Assembly (NCBI GenBank): GCA_963844965.1
Contig: CAWJQC010000006.1
Coordinates: 32,001 to 96,000 of the forward strand
Source of the DNA: an uncultured bacterium
Lineage (GTDB): Bacteria; Patescibacteriota; Minisyncoccia; UBA6257; 2-01-FULL-56-20
Reading direction: 5' to 3'
Length of the DNA: 64,000 nucleotides
Of this stretch, positions 50,042 through 59,545 are shown piece by piece (within the stretch, counting starts at the first letter, position 1; the number at the start of each line of letters is the position of its first letter). The notes under the pieces were generated by a model, which was not told where the DNA came from, ran no database searches, and worked only from the letters and a program-made list of their open reading frames with translations. The translations under genes and the position numbers were made by a program.

Positions 50042-50064
50042 TGCTGCCGTTACACCATAGGCAC
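49990..50064 (-). tRNA. tRNA-His (GTG) with encoded G-1 and CCA
   Basis: 8-bp acceptor GGTGCCTA/TAGGCACC. Anticodon stem AGAGT/ACTCT with loop CTGTGGC. T-arm CTCGG-GTTCGAAT-CCCGA. Confidence 0.8.
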
Positions 50065-50162
50065 CATTATTCCTACACTTGAAAATTTACCCGAATTCCG
50101 CATATTTTTCAAGTAAGCTGGGAAAGTTTCTGGGGCTTTGCTATAATGAATTCCAACTGAAT

Positions 50163-50858
50163 ATGTCCGTCATTTTGACGAACCTTGGGCTTCTGGCGAG
50201 CCAAAACATGTTTTTGGCTTATTTCATTATATATATCGCCACGATTTTTTTGGGTAACATTTCCGCCTTTGCCGCGTTCTGGGTAGTGTTCCACGGAGTT
50301 CTGGGATTCTGGGGCGTCCCGCTTCTTATACTCACGATTTTCGCGGCCGATATTAGCGGCGATCTCCTGTGGTATTCATTGGGTCGCGCACTTCGCGACA
50401 CACGCTTCGGCAACTTCGTAAAAAATCATCTGCGGCACCACGAAAAAATAGAACGCTCCGTGCAAAAGAACGGCGCGGGCTGGATAATCATGGCGAAGTT
50501 TCTATACGCTTCCGCCTTCCCTGTGATATTTCTAATCGGCTGGACGAGAATAAAATTCAAAAAGTTTTTCAAGACATCGCTTTTGTCGGTCGCGATTTGG
50601 CTGCCGATCCTCGCCGGCCTCGCCTACGGACTATTCTCCGGCCTCTCGCCCCTTGGCGCCGTAAGCATTTTCAAACACTTTGAACTCATCCTCTTAATCG
50701 GCTTGGTGATTTTCTTCGTGGCCGATTACTTCATTGCCAAACTCGCCAGAAAAATTCTCGGCAGGAAGCTGGGCATTCTGAATGGCAATGGCAACGGTAA
50801 TAATCAATGTCCTGAAGCAAAATCAGGCGTAAATCCTAGGAGCGCCGATTGCACTTGA
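50163..50858 (+). CDS. DedA/SNARE-associated family membrane protein
   Basis: Multi-TM protein with a 'VPLLILTIFAADISGDLLWYSLGR' DedA-like region. Start chosen at MSVILTNLG. The listed ORF starts at 50079. Confidence 0.55.
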   Translation: MSVILTNLGLLASQNMFLAYFIIYIATIFLGNISAFAAFWVVFHGVLGFWGVPLLILTIFAADISGDLLWYSLGRALRDTRFGNFVKNHLRHHEKIERSVQKNGAGWIIMAKFLYASAFPVIFLIGWTRIKFKKFFKTSLLSVAIWLPILAGLAYGLFSGLSPLGAVSIFKHFELILLIGLVIFFVADYFIAKLARKILGRKLGILNGNGNGNNQCPEAKSGVNPRSADCT

Positions 50859-50985
50859 CTTTTATTAAAATGTAGTCTATCATATGGACAGCCTGGGCCA
50901 ACGGTCAATCTCAATTAATCAACAGAAAAACCGAACCTGAGGCGTAACTTTGATAATGTAACAACGCAGAGGAGAGAGGTATGAG

Positions 50986-51648
50986 ATGAGATTCAAACTA
51001 TCTTCGGTTGGCGGCGAGTATGCCAGCGTCTTTGAATTGACACACGGCGATCGGCAAATGTTGATTCTTAATCTGCGGACATTTCATAAACTTCCTGAAA
51101 ATATTCCGGTTGGTGCTTCAACCGTAGTAGCCGGCATCGCGATCCCCCATTTCGGGAAAGTGGTGAAGACTGGGAGGAAACCAATCGTTTCTCATGGTGA
51201 GCGGATGCTCCCGGTCGGCAGTGAATGTTATGTTTTTTCTCCTGCCTCGTCGGGCTTTCTGACCGCGATGTTGGCCGCTGCGGCCGCCTCCGAATCGCCA
51301 GATTCATCGTTCACTGTCCATCCGGTGATGATGCGGCAAGTTCCAAATGGAAACGGGAACGGCAATCATAAAGCCATTAAGCACGCCCTGACGGAAGCAT
51401 TCGGAACTTGTTCCGAAGGATGGGGCGGCAACTTCCATATTTTCATCTGGGGAAAGATTGACGAGCCCGTCGCGCTACTTGTCCTTTGTAAGGAAGAATT
51501 TGAAGAGGAAGCGGCGCTACTGGTAGCTACTAAGGCCGCCGCGGGCGCGCTAACCCCCCTCATTGAGTCCTCCGAGTTTGAAGACTTGAAGGAAAAACGG
51601 GGATTAACGGCGTACAACCGTGGTCCCCTCTGCCTTCTGGGGGACTAA
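50986..51648 (+). CDS. Hypothetical protein (220 aa)
   Basis: ORF preceded by a GGAGAG RBS. Confidence 0.5.
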   Translation: MRFKLSSVGGEYASVFELTHGDRQMLILNLRTFHKLPENIPVGASTVVAGIAIPHFGKVVKTGRKPIVSHGERMLPVGSECYVFSPASSGFLTAMLAAAAASESPDSSFTVHPVMMRQVPNGNGNGNHKAIKHALTEAFGTCSEGWGGNFHIFIWGKIDEPVALLVLCKEEFEEEAALLVATKAAAGALTPLIESSEFEDLKEKRGLTAYNRGPLCLLGD

Positions 51649-51689
51649 AATCAGAGGTTAAAGTTTAAACGTACCGAGGCCTGTCCGCA

Positions 51690-51718
51690 CTTGACAGGCC
51701 TTTTTGTTTGCTGTATAA
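51690..51718 (+). promoter_or_regulatory. Sigma70-like promoter (TTGACA-17-TATAAT) overlapping the terminator hairpin of the previous gene
   Basis: cttgacaggcctttttgtttgctgtataatg. The upstream 'aggcctgtccgcacttgacaggcct' forms a hairpin followed by a T-run. Confidence 0.55.
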
Positions 51719-51799
51719 TGTACACAGATTTAGTTAGACGTGGAATCCCAGCAACGGGATCACCACAAATTTGATAGCCAATACAAGGAGGGCCTAACC

Positions 51800-53801
51800 A
51801 TGGCCAGTAATGTAAAGAAAGCATTTGAGGAAGCTGGAATTGATGTTCCCGAAGTTCCCACCTCCGGCATCGCCGGAACGGAAACGACGGTACCACCTTC
51901 TGCTCCGGCGGACGCAACTGCAACCGCTACAACACCGGCACCTTCCGTACCAGCAGCTACCGACACCACACCAACTGCCGACAAACAACCAGTTGTTCTT
52001 TCTTTCGGCAGAGTTGACCGGGAAGCCGCTGCCAAACTCCGCGAGCAGAAGAAGACGGAATTGGAAGCAATCCCGTCCTTCGTCGCGGAACTCGTTGTCT
52101 TGCTCAAGAACCCCCGCGAAGAGACCATACTGTCTATGACCGACGGCACCGAGCGTTCGCTCACCCTCGAAGAATTCGAGGCATACATCGCCACCGTCGT
52201 AAACGGGACCCAGCATCGCGGCGTCCGCCAATCGTTTACAACTGCCGTCGTGGAACAGATGTTGGGGCAATTTCCACCGTCTGATCATCTGTTCGGCGTC
52301 GCGTTCACGAGGGTTTCAACAGCGCTAACAGATACCGACGGAAGGGGCTTTTTCTTCGAAGTAGAGAAGGATTGGGCCCTGAAGAACCCCGGCAACGTAA
52401 TCTGGATGTACAGGAGCGACGGGAGCGGCAAGGCGCCGTTCGCCTCGGTCGCACCGGACTCCACTCGTCTCATGATTGCCACCAAAAAGTGGCTGGACGA
52501 GATTGAGCGGGCGGAGAAATCCCGCATCAAAACCGGGACCAAGCCGTTCCTAGAAGCGTTTTACCAGGGCGGGGAAACCGCTTTCTTCCTCAAGAAGAAG
52601 GAGATTCCCCGCAGGGACGGCGGCACTATAATCCGAAAGGCCGGTCACTTCCGCATTCACATCGAAGACGGCAAAAACGGGAGAATCCGCCCAGTGGAGG
52701 CACTGGAATCGCCTCACCACGACCTGTTTGAGGAAATGACCTCTCGCAGGGAGTGGGTATCAATCGGCGTCCTAGCGCCGGAAATCGTCGGCGCCGACCC
52801 GGAAAATAGGCAGAAAATGATCGCCGCCTATTTCCGGGACGTGGAGAACTATGAGCAGCGCAAGCGGTTCATCCGTTTCGCGCACATCATAATCGATGGC
52901 TACATCGACGCCCTGGCATCCGAGAAGAAGGCGGCCGAGGCGCACGAAGGTGGCCGAGAAGCCGGTACCTGCGGCCAAAACTGCCGAAACCAAACCCACC
53001 GGAGAGCACCGTGATTCGGCAAAAGCCGATTACATGAAGCTCGAGGAGCTGAAGCGGAGGGGGGGATACATTTCCTCGCGAAGCTTCATGCTCGACCGCA
53101 AGCCGGGCGTGGCTCTCTTCTCCGCGAAAACGGAGGAGAAGCCATCTCGCCACAAGAACAATCGTGGCGAGATGGTTGTTATCCCTGCGCTCATGGTGCG
53201 GGACAGCAGCGGCAAGAAAGTCGCCGTCTACCACAGGCTCGGTGCCGCGCTGGAACAGAACGAGAAAGGGGAGATTCGCATGATTGATTGCATCCCCTCT
53301 AACGCAAAACTTTTCGCTCCGCTCAAGGAATTTATCACCCCGGGCGAGAAGTTTGCGAATATTCCGGAGCCAGCCGCTGCCGCTCTGCGGAAGTTCTACG
53401 GCCACGAAGCTGGAGACAAGTGGAAGGACAGCTTGCGGGAAAAGCGGGCGGCACAAGCGGCACAAAATGCCGCTGGCCAGCCAGCAACTACCCCCACCCC
53501 TCCACCCGAAGCCGCGCCATCACCTGCCGCCGACAATACAATCAACACGACTGCGGCGGACGAAACAGCGGCGACGGAAGCCAATACCGCTACGGGGGAG
53601 GCTAGCCCGACCATGGAGGAGGCCCGGGAGCCACAACCGGAAGTGGGATCTGCCGAAGTTGCTCTGACACCGCCGGTGGAAGCCACCGAGGTGATGTCGG
53701 GCAACGACACGTTGTCTGCGGCGCCGATAAAACTCGACGAAGGACGAAGGCGCCGTCGGGACAATAACCGCCGGCACCAGCAGCGCGGTCTGGCGGCGTA
53801 A
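51800..53801 (+). CDS. Hypothetical ~670 aa protein (Thr/Pro/Ala-rich linkers), apparently frameshifted near 52940-52950
   Basis: ORFs 51740..53014 and 52896..53801 overlap. Both turn to low-complexity read-through at 'gaaggtggccgagaagccg', so a single-nucleotide shift would join '...AEAHE' to 'VAEKPVPAAKTAETKP...'. Confidence 0.5.
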
Positions 53802-53938
53802 GTAGCTTTTTCCGCTAGAGCTCCTATGGAGTTTTAGCACAACCCGTGTGGTTTTCCGAGTGCAAACTCGGAAAACCCACGGGTCTTTTATTTGTCCAAG
53901 TGAAGAAAAAGACGGGGAATGGTTGGGGTAGCTTTGAC

Positions 53939-53969
53939 TTGACAGGTTGGAAATAAGTATGCTATAATA
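53939..53969 (+). promoter_or_regulatory. Putative promoter (TTGACA-19-TATAAT) upstream of the NUDIX gene
   Basis: ttgacaggttggaaataagtatgctataat. It shares the 'cttgacagg' start with the 51690 promoter. Confidence 0.4.
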
Positions 53970-54040
53970 CCAAGCAGTGGGTAGCTGACGGAATTGCTTC
54001 CGCTGGCGGCCGACAAATTCATCAGCAAAGGAGGTGGCCC

Positions 54041-54670
54041 ATGGCCGCCAAAGGAATACGATCATCGGAAGCGATGCGTGTGTTGGAAGCGGACGACCCG
54101 CTTCCCTGGGAAACCTTTTCCCGAGTCGTTCGCTTACTGATTATTGACACGAAGCTGGACGATGCCGGGAAACCCCTTCTGGATAAAAGCGGCTGGCCCG
54201 TGGAGGAGGTGTACTTCGCCTACAACTCCTCCGACCAGACCGGTCATCGCCCGGCCGGTTACGGCCTGCCCGGGGGGCGCGCCAAGAAAAGGGAGGGGTC
54301 TCTAGACGCTCTTGAACGAGAGGTCTCCGAGGAAGTTCCGTACCCAATCTTGGGCGAACCGATCTTCCTCCTGTCCTATCGTAAGTCAATCGGAGGGCAG
54401 AGGATCGAGAAGGTTGACCTATACTTGGCGAAAGTGGACCGGACCAACACTCACGCTCTTAAAAAGGGCAGCGAGGTCGGCGACGGCCGCTTCTGGGATA
54501 AAAGGGAAATATGGAGTCAGCCCGTAGTTGACACCCGGCCTGACGCACAGGAAGCGGAAGAATCTCCGGAAAGCAAAAGAAGGGGATTCTACAAGTCGCA
54601 CCTTGACTTGTGTCGGCTCGGCCTCAAAAAACGGGGCGAGCTAATAGAGGAGGGAATTATTAGGCCCTGA
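54041..54670 (+). CDS. NUDIX hydrolase
   Basis: Nudix box-like 'GLPGGRAKKREGSLDALEREVSEEV'. Confidence 0.65.
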   Translation: MAAKGIRSSEAMRVLEADDPLPWETFSRVVRLLIIDTKLDDAGKPLLDKSGWPVEEVYFAYNSSDQTGHRPAGYGLPGGRAKKREGSLDALEREVSEEVPYPILGEPIFLLSYRKSIGGQRIEKVDLYLAKVDRTNTHALKKGSEVGDGRFWDKREIWSQPVVDTRPDAQEAEESPESKRRGFYKSHLDLCRLGLKKRGELIEEGIIRP

Positions 54671-54799
54671 CAACTTTCTCCGCGCGCAAGCTCGTGAGCT
54701 TGCGCGCGGAGAACGAACTTTTTTATAATGACGGGAAACAATTTACGTTTTAAGATACTTGCTTAAAACGTTTTTTCATACTAAAATACTTCATTAGGA

Positions 54800-55075
54800 A
54801 TGACCGACGAGCTTATAAAACAATTGAAGGACGCGGGGTTCCCGCTCCACAAGGAAGCGGGCGCAACGCGGCCGCCCACGCTATCCGAACTTATCGCGGC
54901 GTGCAGCAAAGGTTTTTGGAGCTTGCGCCGGACGCCGGAGGACAAATGGCTCGCCTCCGGCCATTTTTCCGCGAAAGAAGGCCAAATTCCTTACTATGAA
55001 TCGGTCGCGTATGACGAACCGGAGGTAGCGGTCGCGGAACTGTACTTGGCAATAAAGCTGTATGAATCAGAGTAA
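54800..55075 (+). CDS. Hypothetical 91 aa protein
   Basis: ORF only. Confidence 0.4.
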   Translation: MTDELIKQLKDAGFPLHKEAGATRPPTLSELIAACSKGFWSLRRTPEDKWLASGHFSAKEGQIPYYESVAYDEPEVAVAELYLAIKLYESE

Positions 55076-55511
55076 GTGCGGAAACGAACCCACTCAACAA
55101 ACTTGGGGCAGGATGGAAGCTTCGCGCGGCCACGCCGTAGCCGTACTTATAATTACGCCGCAGGGGATACCACTGATACGCGATCCCAAAAAACCTCCGC
55201 CGGTTTTTTGGAAAGCGCCGGGAGGACGCAGCGACGCGAGCGAAACGGCAAAAAGCGCCGCGGTGCGCGAGGTGCGCGAAGAAATCGGCGCGAAACTTTC
55301 CGAAAATGACCTCGCGATTGTTTCCGAAGAAGACAGAGATTCGCACATTCTCACGCTCTTTGCGGCCAAACTTCCGTCTTTGCCCGCTATAAAAGACCGT
55401 GGCGACGAAGGCGAAGAGATCCGCATATTTTCTCCGAGCGAAATTCTTGCCATGCACGATTTCTTCCCAAATCACAGGAAAGTATATGAAAAAACACTCA
55501 AGGCTCTATAG
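55062..55511 (+). CDS. NUDIX hydrolase
   Basis: 'APGGRSDASETAKSAAVREVREEIG' Nudix box. An alternative start is at 55113 (MEASRG). Confidence 0.7.
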   Translation: MNQSKCGNEPTQQTWGRMEASRGHAVAVLIITPQGIPLIRDPKKPPPVFWKAPGGRSDASETAKSAAVREVREEIGAKLSENDLAIVSEEDRDSHILTLFAAKLPSLPAIKDRGDEGEEIRIFSPSEILAMHDFFPNHRKVYEKTLKAL

Positions 55512-55659
55512 AACCTCCATCAGCGTGCACAACGCCAGCCCGCTATGCTAAAATTAATAAATAACCGCGCCGCAAGCGGCGGGGTATTCGCGGGCAGATA
55601 ACAAATTATACACAAATCAGCGTCTATCATTTAAATTAACCAACTTATTAAAAATAACC

Positions 55660-57492
55660 GTGTCCAATTTCGTTAAAAACATAATCTGGGCGATAATCGC
55701 CCTTCTTGTGATTTCGGTCATATTCTCGCTGTTCATAGAACCACAAAAGCAACCGGCAACGCTAAGCTTGAGCCAACTTGCGACCAAAATAAACGCCGGC
55801 GAAATCACAAAAATAGACGTGAACGGCGACGACCTGAACGTAACCCTGAAGGACGGAACGCAAGCGACTTCAAAAAAGGAAGCGGAACTCGGAATTACGG
55901 AAACGTTGAAAAATCTCGGCGTGGATCCCGCGGCGCTCGATAAAATTAACATCGCGATAGTCAGCCAGTCCGGCTGGCAGTTTTGGGCCGGGATTTTGAT
56001 ACCGACATTGCTTCCGCTCATCGCCATCGGCGTAATTTTCTGGCTGATGTTTCGCCAGGCGAGAACTGGAGTAAATCAAGCGTTCAGTTTCGGCCGCTCC
56101 AATCTCCGCCTCTCAACGTTCAGGGACAAAGTCACGTTCAAAGACGTCGCCGGCCTGAAGGAGACGAAGGAAGAATTGATAGAAATCGTGGACTTCCTCA
56201 AAAACCCGAAAAAGTTTTTGGATTTGGGAGCGCGCATCCCGCGCGGAATACTTTTGATGGGGCTACCGGGAACCGGAAAAACGCTGATAGCGCGCGCGGT
56301 CGCCGGCGAGAGCAATGTGCCGTTCTTTTTCATCTCGGCGTCGGAGTTCGTGGAAATGTTCGTGGGAGTGGGCGCGAGCCGCACCAGAGACGCTTTCATG
56401 ACTGCGAAGCGCGCGGCACCGTCAATTCTCTTCATTGACGAAATAGACGCCGTGGGACGCCAGCGCGGCGCGGGCCTCGGCGGCGGCAACGACGAGCGCG
56501 AGCAAACCCTTAACCAGATCCTCGTTGAGCTGGATGGTTTTGACCGCGACACGCGCGTGATAGTTCTTGCCGCCACGAACCGCCCGGACATTCTTGACCC
56601 GGCGCTCCTCCGGCCCGGACGCTTTGACAGACGCGTTGTGCTTGATTTGCCGGATATAAACGACAGGGAAGCGATCCTCCACATCCACGCACAGGGCAAG
56701 GTGCTGGACAAAAACGTTGACTTAAGAAAAGTGGCGGTGCGCACTCCGGGATTTTCCGGTGCCGACTTGGCGAATCTCATGAATGAGAGCGCGCTACTCG
56801 CGGCCCGCAGAGGTAAAAAAGCGGCCGGACAAGACGAGCTTTATGAGGCCGTAGAGAAAGTAATTCTCGGACCGGAGCGCAGAAGCCGCGTCATTTCGGA
56901 GAAAGAAAAGAAAATCACGGCTTTTCACGAAGGCGGACACGCGCTCGTGGCGGCATCCCTAAAGGATGCCGATCCGGTGCACAAAGTTTCCATCGTCAGC
57001 CGCGGTTTTGCCGGCGGCTACACCATGAATATGCCCAACGAGGAACAACGCCTGAAAACCAAAAAGCAGTTCCTCGCGAACATGACCATGATGCTCGGCG
57101 GCTACGCTTCCGAAAAGCTCGTTTTCGGCGATGTATCCACCGGCGCTTCAAGCGACCTACGCGAGGCCTCGGAACTTGCCCGCAGGCTCGTGACAAAATA
57201 CGGCATGAGCGAATCGCTGGGTCCGCAAACATTCGGTAAAACCGAGGAATTGATATTCCTGGGACGCGAAATCGCCACCGAAAAAAATTACTCGGAGGAT
57301 ACGGCGAAAAAGATAGACGGAGAAGTGGAGAAATTCATTGAACGCGCGCACAAAACCGCCCAGAAGATTTTACGGAAACACAAGAACGCCCTGGAGAAAG
57401 TGGCGAAAACGCTTATGGAAAAAGAAACGCTGGAACAGGAGGACTTCTACGCGCTTTTGAAGCCATTCAGAATAAAACCGATTGGGGTGTGA
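55660..57492 (+). CDS. ftsH: ATP-dependent zinc metalloprotease FtsH
   Basis: N-terminal TM helices. AAA+ Walker A 'GLPGTGKT', Walker B 'ILFIDEIDA', SRH, and zinc-binding 'HEGGHAL'. Confidence 0.95.
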   Translation: MSNFVKNIIWAIIALLVISVIFSLFIEPQKQPATLSLSQLATKINAGEITKIDVNGDDLNVTLKDGTQATSKKEAELGITETLKNLGVDPAALDKINIAIVSQSGWQFWAGILIPTLLPLIAIGVIFWLMFRQARTGVNQAFSFGRSNLRLSTFRDKVTFKDVAGLKETKEELIEIVDFLKNPKKFLDLGARIPRGILLMGLPGTGKTLIARAVAGESNVPFFFISASEFVEMFVGVGASRTRDAFMTAKRAAPSILFIDEIDAVGRQRGAGLGGGNDEREQTLNQILVELDGFDRDTRVIVLAATNRPDILDPALLRPGRFDRRVVLDLPDINDREAILHIHAQGKVLDKNVDLRKVAVRTPGFSGADLANLMNESALLAARRGKKAAGQDELYEAVEKVILGPERRSRVISEKEKKITAFHEGGHALVAASLKDADPVHKVSIVSRGFAGGYTMNMPNEEQRLKTKKQFLANMTMMLGGYASEKLVFGDVSTGASSDLREASELARRLVTKYGMSESLGPQTFGKTEELIFLGREIATEKNYSEDTAKKIDGEVEKFIERAHKTAQKILRKHKNALEKVAKTLMEKETLEQEDFYALLKPFRIKPIGV

Positions 57493-57500
57493 TAGCAATT

Positions 57501-57530
57501 GAAAAACCGCCACTCGTGGCGGTTTTTCAA
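57501..57530. terminator. Bidirectional terminator hairpin
   Basis: gaaaaaccgccactcgtggcggtttttc. Confidence 0.6.
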
Positions 57531-57533
57531 CTT

Positions 57534-57608
57534 TGGTGCGCGCGCCTGGATTCGAACCAGGAACCTGCCGTGTATAAGACGGATGCTCTGCCGTTGAGCT
57601 ACGCGCGC
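57534..57608 (-). tRNA. tRNA-Ile (TAT anticodon), CCA encoded
   Basis: Acceptor GCGCGCG/CGCGCGC. D-stem GCTC/GAGC. Anticodon stem TCCGT/ACGGC (27:43 U.C) with loop CTTATAC. T-arm CCTGG-TTCGAAT-CCAGG. Confidence 0.6.
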
Positions 57609-57835
57609 TTCCTTTCCCCTATTCCCATTTTACAAAATAGACTCTGGTTTTGTAAGTCCTACGCGCCGCTTTTTGTTTTTAGGAAGCTGTCGGAGGCGAC
57701 GCAAGCTTGGTTCCGCTGAAAGCGGATTGCGCCGCCGACCTGCCTGCCAGGCAGGGATGCAGAGCCGATTCGCCGCTGGAGCGAATCGAGCTCGATTCTC
57801 AAAAACAAAAACCGGCGCGGTTACAAAACGAGGGT

Positions 57836-58423
57836 CTACTTGCTTACTATCTTGTCAAATCTGTCCATCGCTTGCCCAGCCTGGTCGTTGAAATTATTTA
57901 TGGCTTGGACTTCGGCGTTGATCTGGTCCACTAAAAGCGCGACTGTTTTGCTGTCGTAGGTCTTGCCGGTGAAATTGCTGCGCAAGGCGTCCAGAAGCTG
58001 GCCCAGGTAGCCGCTGTAATTTATGAGGCGGGAGAGAAGCGCCAGGCGATTGGAAATTGATTCAAGCGCGGCCTGTCTGGCATCAAGCGAATCTATATCG
58101 GAGAGCGCCTTTGTCATTTCCTCCACCTGACCCGAGAGCTCCACGGCCTGGTCGCGTATCTCCTGGCTTTGCTTCACGACGTCGGTGGATAAATTCAGGG
58201 CCTCGGTATAATTTCCCTGCATGTCGTATTCGTCTATTTTTGCCAAGTCAAGCGTTGACTGATTGGAAAGGTTAACGATATTTTGGGATATGAGCGCCCC
58301 CTTCATCCGCGCGTCGGTGAAGGCCTGCGGCACACCACCCGAATTCCACAAAAAATGCACGGCTGTGTAACCACCGCCTACGAGCAGAACAAAAACAATA
58401 AGCAATATTGTTCTCCGAGACAT
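57836..58423 (-). CDS. Hypothetical membrane-anchored coiled-coil protein (195 aa)
   Basis: N-terminal TM helix, remainder helical and Q/A/L-rich. Confidence 0.5.
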   Translation of the reverse strand: MSRRTILLIVFVLLVGGGYTAVHFLWNSGGVPQAFTDARMKGALISQNIVNLSNQSTLDLAKIDEYDMQGNYTEALNLSTDVVKQSQEIRDQAVELSGQVEEMTKALSDIDSLDARQAALESISNRLALLSRLINYSGYLGQLLDALRSNFTGKTYDSKTVALLVDQINAEVQAINNFNDQAGQAMDRFDKIVSK

Positions 58424-58758
58424 CTGAAAAATGTTTCCGTTTAATTCCTTTTAGCAGATTCCGCGGAAAAAATCAATAACCGCCACTTGAGAATATACGC
58501 CTTGGAATGTAAAATGAAGTTGGTCGGAACTGCGAACTGGCGCGATTATTACATAACTAATACGACAGAAAACATCCGTTCGGTTCGGCTCGCGGCAATT
58601 AACATTTAACGCACAAGCGGGCCCCGCACCGAGCCGGGCACTTCGTTTTCTACAACGTCGGTGGTAAGATATTGTAACCACACCAAATTCAAAACTTGGC
58701 ATCGGCAGTTTTTTTCAGGAAAATGTAAAAGTGTTGCGGTGCCCGATCTGGTGACGGG

Positions 58759-58797
58759 GCGGGTGTAGCACGGCGGTTAGTGCGGACCTTCCAAGCC
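58759..58797 (+). other. tRNA 5'-half-like fragment (acceptor GCGGGTG + D-arm) upstream of tRNA-Gly
   Basis: 'GCGGGTG TA GCAC GGCGGTTA GTGC G GACCTTCCAAG' has a perfect D-stem and a CTTCCAA-like anticodon remnant. Confidence 0.45.
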
Positions 58798-58829
58798 CCG
58801 CACCAAAGAAGGACTTGGTGAGTCATCTT

Positions 58830-58900
58830 GCGGGCGTAGTATAGCGGCAATACGTCACCCTTCCAAGGTGAAGTCGTGGGTTCAACTCCCATCGCCCGCT
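58830..58900 (+). tRNA. tRNA-Gly (TCC)
   Basis: Acceptor GCGGGCG/CGCCCGC. Anticodon stem TCACC/GGTGA with loop CTTCCAA. T-arm GTGGG-TTCAACT-CCCAT. Confidence 0.85.
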
Positions 58901-58944
58901 CACAAAACGCAAGCAGTCCTTCTTATGGTGACAGGGCAAGCAAC

Positions 58945-58977
58945 ATACGGCGGTTCGACTCCGCTCACCCGCTCAGA
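58945..58977 (+). other. tRNA 3'-half-like fragment (T-arm + acceptor CACCCGC) downstream of tRNA-Gly
   Basis: 'AC GGCGG TTCGACT CCGCT CACCCGC TCA'. Its acceptor strand is exactly complementary to GCGGGTG in the upstream fragment. Confidence 0.45.
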
Positions 58978-59010
58978 AGAAGGGGGTTGGGGGATAATTA
59001 CCACGCAAAC

Positions 59011-59481
59011 ATGATTAGGTGCACATTTGAAAACGGCAGTGAGGCCTTCATGCGGCACACCGTAGTAGACACCATCGTGCTTAAGGACGGCAAGGTCCTT
59101 TTGGTCAAGAGAGCAAAAAAATTTCTTGAGGGCGGCAAATGGGCGCTTGTCGGAGGATTTATGGAAAAGAACTAAACTATCAAGGAGGCGGTGGCGCGGG
59201 AGGTCCTTGAAGAGACGGGGTATGAGGTGGGCGGCATTACCCTGTTCCGCATAATCGATAATCCCAATCATCCGGGCGAGGACAGGCAAAATGTTTGTTT
59301 TGTCCACTACTGCAACGCCCTCAAAAAAACCGGCGCGCCGGATTTGGAAAATGATGAACAACGGTGGTTTTCTTTTTCAGAACTGCCGCCCAAAGACGAA
59401 ATGGCCTTTGATCACCTGGAAGATATTTGCCTCTATCGGGAGTACACCGAGAAACCCCTCATTTTACCGAGAATCGGATAA
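59011..59481 (+). pseudogene. NUDIX hydrolase with an in-frame TAA at the conserved Nudix-box Glu codon
   Basis: 'GGFMEKN*TIKEAVAREVLEETGY' spans ORFs 58876..59175 and 59191..59481 in the same frame. The TAA (59173-59175) sits where GX5EX7REUXEEXGU expects GAA. Confidence 0.6.
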
Positions 59482-59545
59482 TGTTTTCTGCTATAATCTA
59501 TAAATAAAGAAGTTAACGAAAACGAAAGTCGCCAAACAAACTACC

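Noticed and set aside
55617-56780. Minus-strand ORFs 55617..56027 and 56076..56780
   Set aside because: They are antisense to ftsH.
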